A stretch of 32,320 nucleotides of DNA from Asterionella formosa. Taxonomy: Eukaryota. The stretch is taken from contig NKIB01000473.1 of the NCBI GenBank assembly GCA_002256025.1, positions 1 through 32,320 on the forward strand. Direction: 5' to 3'. This document shows, one piece after another, positions 9,761 to 19,002 of this stretch; positions within the stretch are counted from its first letter, which is position 1; each line of letters begins with the position of its first letter. The notes under the pieces are model-generated. The model saw only the letters and a program-made list of their open reading frames with translations. It was not told where the DNA came from and did no database searches. The position numbers were made by a program, and so were the translations under genes.

Positions 9761-10103
9761 GCACTACGAATTGCATGGTACCCTTTGCCCTGTTACCTGG
9801 TGCCAGGTATTCATGTGAACGTGAATGGGAACACAAGTTTCACAGATAACATGAAGGCACCGTTCTATATTGAACAAGTCTCGCCTACTATGAGAGTAAG
9901 AATTTCAGTATCACATGTACTGGTGGTTGTATCTATGTCCAATCTATGTAGTGTATAGTAGTTGTTACATACCTACCGGAAGCCATGTTCAATCTCGTCT
10001 AAATAACGATGTACCTGGTACGCACCACGAATTGCGTGCTAACGGAGTACCGTTAGTCATGTGAACGTGGCTGGATGGGAACACCCGTTTCACAGGGGAC
10101 ATG
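9761..10103 (+). repeat. Two diverged ~85-90 bp direct repeats (9761-9853 and 10022-10103)
   Basis: gcac(t/c)acgaattgc(a/g)tg ... tcatgtgaacgtg ... atgggaacac..gtttcacag...acatg is present in both copies; the central segments differ. Confidence 0.85.
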
Positions 10104-11142
10104 TACATACCCGTGTCCTGTCTGTTGAATACCGGAAATTGCATTTGCTTGAGGATTTTATACCATAGTAGTGGTTAATTCGTTAATTCCAGTCATCATC
10201 AAGCAACACTTGCATGTATGGGCCACCAGTAAATTTAACACCATTTTCATGAAGGCAATGTTCAAATCATGGATATCATGTCAAGCAGTCATTTTCAAAT
10301 TTCATTGCTATGTATTCTGATGTTATATTATCGATAAGTGATATTTCAGCTAAATTTGTCATCTATCAAGACATGTTAATGTTTGGAATTCAAACACTTC
10401 TGTAGCCACTGTAATCCTCCATAGATCAATTAATTGTACTTCAACTTCCAACCACAGAAACAAAAAAGCATAATGGTATGAAATTTTGCCATAACCCATA
10501 CCCATATTGTTTTTAATCTAACTAGAAAGGGTTTTTTGGAATATTTGAGTGGGTAGAATAAACATTAGTTCACCTATCAAGATCACCTCATATCTGACAA
10601 GAAAAAAAAACACCACGAACTCCTTATACAATAATATAGAGTTCTGATAAATGGAACTCGACAGTTCGATACTACCGGTAACAATCATCTCAACGTTTTG
10701 CCTTATTTACGAGGGATTTCGCATTTTGTACCAGGTATAATCTTCCGGGCTACCTGGGAGTAGCTTCTTTGTAAACGGACATGCGGGTAAATACTAGGAA
10801 TGCGTAGATTAACGAACCCTGGTTACCAGGTAGGTACTGTTGGTATGATTAACTCATTACACCAAACGAAGAACTGGTGCTGCGTTATACGTATATAGGG
10901 AAGAACCATGAGCATTAGGAGGGAGTTTGTATTACTGCATATATACGAGTATGTCTACTAAAAACTCACAGGAAGCAAGGTTTGTAGCTAAGGTTTGATT
11001 ACTCTTCTCGTCAAGATGGTACTCCCTGGTACCCGGTACCGGTTGTATAGTACTACGAAGTTCTAAATAGTTCAATCATTTTGCCTAAAAAATTTCAAAT
11101 CTTCTTCGATGTACTGGATTATCAATCTTTTGAAGCCTCATA

Positions 11143-11183
11143 TCGACAAGGGAATGACGAGACTTAATGTCATCCCTTGTCGA
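11143..11183. other. Strong stem-loop (15-bp stem with one bulge, 10-nt loop) downstream of the 11399-12100 gene
   Basis: tcgacaaggga(a)tgac-gagacttaat-gtcatcccttgtcga. Confidence 0.6.
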
Positions 11184-11398
11184 CGGTGCATGTCGCAATG
11201 CTGATACCCATCTACAGGTGTAAATTGATACGAGCACCCAAGTTGAAGAGTTCGATGGCCATCCAGTACGACGAAACAAAGGCATTACTAGTTCAAATTT
11301 GCGATACATTTTGTCTAGTATTTAGCGTGATATTGAATATACCAAAGTTGTGAATGTCTCGGTCGGATTTCGAATCAGTAGTGTACAGTTTATCCTCT

Positions 11399-12100
11399 TT
11401 ATGGTGCAAAGTATTTGGACCAACCATCTTCTGCCCAAACTTCGACCGGAATAGTGTAATCGACAACATGTGTACGTTCAGAAAAGGATACCTCCTTGTC
11501 GCACTTCTTTTTCAAAGTGCTGCTGGCACCCGAGTATTTTGAAGGTCGCAGACAGGATGGCAACCGTTTACATTGTAGCTCTGAGTCTGACACAGCTTTT
11601 CGATACACCAGGGGCGCATTCATACGAAAGCAGGGCAAAGATTGTTGCTTTACGAGGCATCGTTGCGCGTTGTTACCAAAAATGGATCGTCTCCGTGGGA
11701 TTCCTTCCTGTTCCTTGAGTGAACGCTCATACGTGTTGTTTGACTTGTCAGAGTCTTCGTCACTAATGCTCCGAGTTCTGAGTCTGGATGTAGCCTCTGC
11801 AAATGGAGCGATTCTGTTGCTGTTTTGTTTCCAGTAGGTCCGGAAAATGGACCTTCGATCCTCATCTTCATTTGAAGACAGAGAAGATACCGAATTGCTA
11901 TCGTCCGAGACAACAGCAGATGTTGCAATTGTCACTGGCGTACTAGGTCGTTCCTTGAAAACGTCCATCATTTGATCATATTGGGATGATTTTGGTGAAG
12001 ATTCTCGAATGCAATGGTACACGTTGGCTTCATTAGTGGGAAAAGAGGATGTTCCACATGCTGGCAGCAGTTGACGAGAAACCATGGAGGAAGCAATCAT
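11399..12100 (-). CDS. Hypothetical Ser-rich, probably disordered protein with C-terminal SCLR / KEVSF / GWSKYF motifs (possible PP1-interacting protein)
   Basis: The ORF track starts at TTG 12175; the first in-frame ATG is at 12100 (233 aa). Low-complexity Ser/Asp tracts and a repeated RRSIF motif. Function is inferred only. Confidence 0.7.
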   Translation of the reverse strand: MIASSMVSRQLLPACGTSSFPTNEANVYHCIRESSPKSSQYDQMMDVFKERPSTPVTIATSAVVSDDSNSVSSLSSNEDEDRRSIFRTYWKQNSNRIAPFAEATSRLRTRSISDEDSDKSNNTYERSLKEQEGIPRRRSIFGNNAQRCLVKQQSLPCFRMNAPLVYRKAVSDSELQCKRLPSCLRPSKYSGASSTLKKKCDKEVSFSERTHVVDYTIPVEVWAEDGWSKYFAP

Positions 12101-12689
12101 GATGGAAGGAGATAATATTTGTCGATTTGTGGCACTTAGGTTCGATATTCTTCGATTTGTGGTACTGTCGGCCAAGAACGAAATCAGGAAATGAGTGGTT
12201 TCTAAAAAGTGGGATAGGAAAAGACTTCGTTGTTTTCAGTGAACTTAAATGAGAAGGGTAATCTTCAAATGAGAGAATACACCGAAAGAACTTTGCTTGT
12301 TCCGGTGAATGGTAATTATTGTGCGTATAAGTCTTTACACGACAAAATCGAGGTGAGAAAGGACAAACTTGCAGCTCTTGGAGCAGATGGGCAAAACAGT
12401 CGCAAGGGTGTCAATACATATTACCAGCATGTCGGAATCAGTAGAAATACTTGTGTCAACATAGGAAGTCTATTTAATGGTGTCACACATATCAGCTGCC
12501 TCGTCCCTACACACCTTCTGATTGGCCGGCAAAATTGAAAATGCCAAGAATATACATAAACATAAAAACATGGATAGTAAGTAGCAAATGATAATGAAAA
12601 CAGAAAAAGTTTTATGTGCATACGACACTCTACCAGTACTCCCTACTTTCGATCTCCAGCTCGGGCAGATTAGCTGCCGGTAGCTGTGT

Positions 12690-12920
12690 TCATGCCAGAG
12701 GTACCTGGTACCAGGGACCTGGTAGTACTCCTACCGGTATCTTAGTTGAGAATACCGGTAGTAACCAGGTAATGGAAAAGTCTCGTTTGAGTGACAGGTT
12801 ATGCTTTACCGGTACTTGGATGCGGCGAAACAAAATGCTGACCACACAAAAAAGATGTGCATACTGTCCATATGCTAGTTACACATACCGGAATATCCTA
12901 CCGGTATGTACAGGTACCGG
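12690..12920. repeat. Cluster of iterated palindromes upstream of the 11399-12100 gene
   Basis: ggtacctggtaccagggacctggta near 12700-12724; TACCGGTA at 12732, 12753, 12807 and 12899. Confidence 0.85.
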
Positions 12921-13699
12921 GAATAATATCTGCATATCTAGTAGAAACTGAGGGGCTCGTCGGGTAGGAGCGCCATACGTCACTTTCCCGGAAAAACCAA
13001 AACAACAGAGCCAATCAATGCCCTTATGCTTATTTGTCCTGGACTACATAAAATGGGCAGATAAGCAATAAGGCATTAACTGTTCCTCCGACTCCAAGGG
13101 CGACTTTGGTTCGATTGAAGCATCTTGTTGAAGTTCTGCTGGTATAAGTGCAAGAAAGGTTCCCGAACCCAAAACAAATGCGAAGTCCAGTTTGTTGAGA
13201 CCACTCCACAAAATTTACGGCCATTCTCGTTCTCCTATTTCAGCAATCCTGCCCTTGTGAACGGACAAAGCAACGCATTGTTTCCAACGACGATGCACAT
13301 TTCCAGTCAAGGAACCCTATTGAAGTTGAACTGACAAATATGCAGTCGTGATGACAATGACCTCCTGCAACAGCTTCCTCTTCCTTCTACATCCATTTTT
13401 ATTTATACATAGATCGCAATGCTTGCAGATCGTTGAAAGTCATTTCACGGAGCTGACTACCGGTAGTATTCATTTAATTTTATACAGCCCTATTAGCTAT
13501 GTAGCTGGATTCATTCATTGTCAGGGTACCTGGTACTAGTGGTTCCCTATCTAAGAACTGGAATGTAATTATTTAGCTGAAATAATGCGAATATTTTGTT
13601 AATAGAACACACTAGAGTGCACCAGACCTACTACTAGCAGTACCAGCAGGGTAGTCGTTGTGAGCGGCTGGAGAATCCTTCAAGTCTTCTCAGCCTTTA

Positions 13700-15797
13700 A
13701 CATGACGAAAATATACGAAAAAAGTGAAAATCTCCACGAAAATTGAAAACGACGCTTTCTCTTTGGTATATACATCAAGCACGCCATCTAGAAAGTAAAA
13801 TTATAAAAGAGTTATTGCAACAACATCAATATTGACAATGAAAATTGAAGTTTCTGATGGCACATTTTTTCATAAATAATTTAGAGATGCACAAATAATA
13901 AAATGATGATACAAAGAGATTTGAAACTTTCACAGTAGCTACACAATGCCCAACTGTTGTCAGGATTAAACAAGTAGGTTTTGAGTTCTGAGTAATTATG
14001 AGCTTAACGATTAGTGTATCTATATGAGCTTATATTTAAAGAGGACTCACAAGGGGCTTGGTAAGAAGAGAACAAACTAGGTTTCAAAAGTCAATGCCAG
14101 GTACTACCCTAATTCTAGTGGTACATCTGTACCTATACTTATCAAGTAGCATATATATCTGCAGGTACATAATGCAATATGTACTACGAGCTACATACTA
14201 GTAGCTGTGTATATAGCATCACGTACTAATCATGATCAGTCCCATGTACATGTTTATGTATGTAAAAGGCTACACCTTTCACTTAGAGTTGACATGGTAA
14301 ACATGCACTGTGTGTATTGTGTAAATCTCGACAGTGAGAATAAACAAGTATATGGTCTGTATAGTAGAAGAGCCCAAAACAACAAGGGTAAAGTTATAGA
14401 GGACTTATATCATCTAATATAGTATATCTAGCGTGCTACATACTGTACCATTGGTCACATAATGAATATGATAACAAATAAAACAATATCATGAATATTT
14501 GAAGCAAAAGAGCGATGTGAAATAAGTTATTTATCAACTGAGAATTGCTTAATTGTAGCTACTATCAGCAATTTTTGTAGGCATGGATGCAGGTATCATC
14601 ACTGACAAATGTGAATAATGTCTTAACTATTGCTTTGATGTGTAGCAGCCCCTTCAAGGTGAAGTTTCTAATCCTCAGGAAATTTGCAATACTATATAAC
14701 TCAGCCTTGAAGGGGCTGAGGGCAATGACAACAAGAGAAAGGCAATGGTATGTTTGCCGCCATGGTGATTGGCATTTTGCAAACAAAATAAGGTGAGAAT
14801 TTATAATATTTAAGGATATTGTCAATTGATACCATGCCTACACGAGGTCACCCAGCAAGGTTTCTGAAATTTGCATTTTGCAGCTATTGTACCTGGGCGG
14901 TAGCCCCAGCCATCAAATGGCTACTACTACACATGACGAGAGTATCTGGTCGAAAGTGTGCATCACTCATCTCATATTCACCTTGAGCTTGTCACCACTA
15001 CTTAGTGGTTATGGCTAGTAGCTAAACCTACTGCCAACAACCCTTGCAAGGGATTACATGTACCCAACCTTGTTGTAAGAACATATCTTGCCTGTCTAAA
15101 CTCTGTTAAGTTCATGCCTACGCAACCCAAACGGAGAGCATTAGAAATAGGGGCGAAAGTCCCACCACTTTTCTCCCAAGGTGTGCATCTAACGAGCATT
15201 TTTCTTCACCTGATACTAGTACCTTTGGCGACGTAGCTGGTTGTACATTTCAATTGAAGACCACCAGGCTGGAATAACTGCAAGTTGCGGTAATTTTTCT
15301 AGCTAAATCCACATTGTCATGTTTGTCGTTGTTGTGGCAACAACAATGGTGATTTCAATTCCAAATTGATACATGTGTATCGTTTTCATTTCCGTTTAAA
15401 TAAACCAATAGGACCTGCTTGTTGTTTCGAATAATATTTAGCTTTAATCTGATGTAACCTAAAATATTGAGACCAAACTGTTTTGCTTGCAAATAAAGCC
15501 ATTTGATTTCGTTGGGTTTTGCTTAATGTTTGACTGTTTTGCTGAAACATATTTTGCTTAAAGTAGCAATTATGTCTCATGTGTGACGTCATCATTTCAA
15601 TCCAGTTGCCATCACACTCACCTACCCATGAAATACTTATAGCTACTGATATTACAATGTTTTAGCAAAATTTTGCTTAAAGTTTAGCCCAGTTAATTCA
15701 AATTAAATAGTCTACCATTATGAACTTTATCCCAGCCTTTCAAGTTGTCGGAACCTATTTTTTCCGAATTATTTGAAAATATCGAATTTCGTCATGT
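13700..15797. mobile_element. Putative degenerate non-autonomous DNA transposon (PIF/Harbinger-like by TSD), ~2.1 kb
   Basis: 11-bp terminal inverted repeat ACATGACGAAA (13700-13710) / TTTCGTCATGT (15787-15797), flanked on both sides by TTA (13697-13699, 15798-15800). The interior is AT-rich and CpG-poor with no intact ORF, and carries repeated TTTTGCTTAA-like subterminal motifs at 15481-15680. Confidence 0.45.
14646..14718. repeat. 73-bp fold-back with perfect 14-bp arms (mini-MITE-like)
   Basis: cagccccttcaagg (14646-14659) and ccttgaaggggctg (14705-14718), with imperfect inward extension and AG on both flanks. Confidence 0.65.
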
Positions 15798-15855
15798 TTA
15801 TATTTTGGCCAGCAGGTGCAAACAATTAGAATTTTTCCAACTTTGATTTCTTCTC

Positions 15856-15935
15856 AATGGCTCCTAAGTGAGGAAATATTGCTTTCACTTCTGGGAATAA
15901 AGAACATGAACAAGCAAAATTGCTGCAACTTGCTG
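15856..15935 (+). repeat. Dispersed repeat, copy 2 (inverted relative to 9445-9534)
   Basis: See the alignment given for 9445-9534. Confidence 0.7.
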
Positions 15936-16199
15936 GTTACCATGCACAGCAGTGGTGGTTAGCAGCTTTGATTGTCCACCAAGCCACCATGCTATGAAGT
16001 CCTATTCAATTCAATATAAGGGTAGAAGTATGGTGATAGTTACAAACATGCCATTATCTAATCAACTGTTGATAGCATACCGCTAGCATTGAGTCTAGGT
16101 GCTTGTATTAATAGGAAATCTCATGCTCCAATATTCCTCTGCTCTCTGCTAAGTATGATACTGGGTAGCTAGAATACTACAGGTATTACCTATACTGTA

Positions 16200-16349
16200 T
16201 ATACGATAGCTAAATATCTAATAAACGACCAGTAAACCAAAACGAGGTCGCTCCGAGGTCTTCCAAATCATTTATTTCATACCGATTTTATGAGCGATGA
16301 TCACATAATTACCACCACAATGACTTCATGATGATACTGCTATCGTATA
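16200..16349. mobile_element. Possible Tc1/mariner-type MITE relic (TA-flanked)
   Basis: tatacgatagc (16200-16210) / gctatcgtata (16339-16349), i.e. TA + 9-bp TIR. Short enough to be chance. Confidence 0.3.
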
Positions 16350-16594
16350 ATTATTGTATATATAGCTCTATTCTTTACCGGTAGTGCACATGTAAAATAA
16401 ATGCTGTTTTTAGTTCGGGAACAAAAAAATGCCCCTCCCGCCAGCCCATTTTAGTCTCGCCGACAATCAAAGCGTTCCTCTGCCCCAAGAACGAAGTGTC
16501 TGCCCTCACTTCTTCAAGTCCACATAGTTGCTGTTCCTACGTTGGAAGGCAATGCATTGAGTTAATCACTGGCAGGACATAATTTTACAGTAGA

Positions 16595-18454
16595 ATGACG
16601 AGACCCAAAGGGCAAAATAAGCGATCCGCCAGCGCCGATTGGTGTGACTCCGTGACTCCCTCAAAGCGAAGGAAGAACATGCATAACTGCACCCCAGATG
16701 CCTTCAAGAGTATCCCGAATGATATGGAGTATGCAGCTGTTCTTTCGCCAGAGTCGACTAATTGCCAGCCCACTCCCATTCGATCGACCGAGCCAGTGGG
16801 GGATTTTGCATGTTCGGTTGCGAATGACCCATCACCCATTCAAATGAGGAAGGCTGTGCTCTCAACATCCCTGGTATCGTCAACAGCTGCTAATGGGGCG
16901 CCAAAGAGAAATTCATCGGCTGAGACTTTATCATGTGAAACTCCTTTCTCGCAACAGCCAGACTCCGGTTCTGGGACGCCGTGCGGCATTCTCGTTAGTC
17001 TCAACGACAGTCGAATATCATTGGTGCCTACGGAAAATAATGGTGATATTGATTTTGATATCGACCCAGAAGAGTCTTCTTTTAGAGATTGGGAGTCTTC
17101 ACTACGGAATACAACCCAGGAAAAAGCTACGACGAAGGGTTCATGGCAGTTGACTCTCTTTCGGATTGCCATTTGCTTCCTGCTTATTGGAGTTTTGATT
17201 CGAGAACTGACAATTCCTGAAGAAACGCAATTTATTCAAAGTGCTATTGATAAAATTTTTACTCGTGGAATGGGTGCGCTGCGCTATGAAGTTGATTCGA
17301 TCAAGTTTGCCGAGATGGAGAAGGAGTTGGACGCTGTTGTTCCTGAGTTGTTGACCACGTCATCGGCTTTGCAAGAATCTCAACGACAGGTTGAAGCAGC
17401 CTATAAAGAGTTGGAATTTATGCGAGAAAGTTTGTCGAAACTAGAAGAACAAATCCGTGTAGAAACGACCGATGGAAAATCGACAAGGGATAACTTTACT
17501 GTCAGCTTGCACTCACTAGAACAAGCCACACTGGCACTGAAGGCAAAGGAGGTTCAGTTTGTTGTACTGACCCAAAATTTGGCTCAACTTGAGCAAGAGC
17601 TAGAAAAATGGAAACAGACACATCAAGTTGCGCTTGCCGAAGCCGAGAATGCCGTTACCCGAAAGGAGATCATGGCGATGGATCTCGAGAAATCTCTTGA
17701 TTTGTTGAAACACCCTGAGTCTGCGTTGCATCAATCGCAAGAAGCTCAAACAGAATTGAATGACAGACTCATATCTGCCAGAGCTGATCACTTTGAAACG
17801 TCCCTTGAAAGAGATGAGCTGCGAGACGAAATTTCAAACCTGCAATTATTGATTGCTTCACAGGCTCAAGATTTAGTCGAAACCAGGAACGAGATGAACA
17901 CACTTTCCAAAGTTTCCACTTCCTTGGATCGTCAACTCAGGGAGAGTTTAGATACTTTGAATGGACTACAAGACGAGTTAACTACCAAAACAAGATCGCT
18001 TGAGAAGCTGGAGACTCAACTTTCAGTCACAACGATGGAATTGCTTCGTACTCAAAATGAGTTGATCGAAGCCAAAGAAAGTCTCTCCCGTGTAGATCAA
18101 GAAATTCGATTTCACGAAGCTGTTCACGTGAAGACCAAGGATGAGATGGCATATAACTTGTCCGAACTTTGGGAAACGCAAATTGCGTTGAGAGATGCAA
18201 TTGAAGTACTTTTAGAGTTTGAAGAAGAAATCGAGAACCTGCACGAAGAGCTAGCGACACAAGAAAGGACTGTTGCTCATGCAATTAATTTTGTAACGAC
18301 ACAGGCAATCAATGAGCAACAACGAGCTGCAGCCCAGGTAGTCAACTTTATGACTACTTTCGCCAGTCAATACCAAATGAAAGTTCAGACTGAAGAAGCT
18401 GAGTATGTTGAAACGTTGACTTGCGCTAGCAAGCACCAAATAATGGCCCCCTAG
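16595..18454 (+). CDS. Single-pass membrane protein with a disordered N-terminus and long C-terminal coiled coil
   Basis: 619-aa ORF. Basic PSKRRK motif and several SP/TP sites, TM segment LTLFRIAICFLLIGVLI, then ~380 aa of E/L/Q/K-rich heptads. No recognisable catalytic domain. Confidence 0.85.
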   Translation: MTRPKGQNKRSASADWCDSVTPSKRRKNMHNCTPDAFKSIPNDMEYAAVLSPESTNCQPTPIRSTEPVGDFACSVANDPSPIQMRKAVLSTSLVSSTAANGAPKRNSSAETLSCETPFSQQPDSGSGTPCGILVSLNDSRISLVPTENNGDIDFDIDPEESSFRDWESSLRNTTQEKATTKGSWQLTLFRIAICFLLIGVLIRELTIPEETQFIQSAIDKIFTRGMGALRYEVDSIKFAEMEKELDAVVPELLTTSSALQESQRQVEAAYKELEFMRESLSKLEEQIRVETTDGKSTRDNFTVSLHSLEQATLALKAKEVQFVVLTQNLAQLEQELEKWKQTHQVALAEAENAVTRKEIMAMDLEKSLDLLKHPESALHQSQEAQTELNDRLISARADHFETSLERDELRDEISNLQLLIASQAQDLVETRNEMNTLSKVSTSLDRQLRESLDTLNGLQDELTTKTRSLEKLETQLSVTTMELLRTQNELIEAKESLSRVDQEIRFHEAVHVKTKDEMAYNLSELWETQIALRDAIEVLLEFEEEIENLHEELATQERTVAHAINFVTTQAINEQQRAAAQVVNFMTTFASQYQMKVQTEEAEYVETLTCASKHQIMAP

Positions 18455-19002
18455 ACGTAGCGACACTATAATGTGATGACTCCATGGTTAAAGACGAAGC
18501 AGTTGTTACTTATATAAATTCTCAAGTCATCGACCCTTTGAATGACCTGACTACATGCAGCGAACTCGTTTGTTTCCTAAATATCCCAAACTTGGTTCTT
18601 CCCAGAAATTCCATAGATACTGACACGTTGTTTGGTTCTTTTGCTGATTGTGGCAGTCACTGTCTTGCAGCCGCCATGTTTCGTTTCACATTGCATCATA
18701 CCAGTTGGAGGACGACATTCACCATATGCATCAGGTTAAGGGAAAGAGCAAAATGAAGGGCAACGACGCCCAAGATTCTAGCAACGCGATCTCCGATGGG
18801 AGTAACCCAGTGGAGGACAACTTGGATTAGATCCGGGTTGACAAAACACGCGTATACCTAGCTGCAAGGAGGGTGCTAAATCATAGGATACTGACTAATA
18901 TGTCATGCTCATGGGGAACACAGTTTCTATGCGCCTAGCTTGAATCGATTTGAACTTACTCCATCATGAGCTGTTTCAACGATAATACGTGTATTTAAAA
19001 TT

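Noticed and set aside
9761..10103. LTR pair or solo LTRs
   Set aside because: Too short and close, with no TG..CA ends, PBS, PPT or internal retroelement coding.
10140..10670. AT-rich, CpG-poor stretch resembling a MITE relic
   Set aside because: No terminal inverted repeats or TSD found by eye.
11143..11183. SECIS element
   Set aside because: Lacks the GA/GA quartet geometry, and the upstream gene ends in TAA with no in-frame TGA.
12101..12175. TTG start given by the ORF track (similarly 29592 and 30245)
   Set aside because: Eukaryotic genes; the first in-frame ATGs (12100, 29532, 30314) are preferred.
13030..13540. Coding-like stretch with short ORFs on both strands
   Set aside because: Stops in all frames examined and no recognisable motif; cannot support a gene or pseudogene call.
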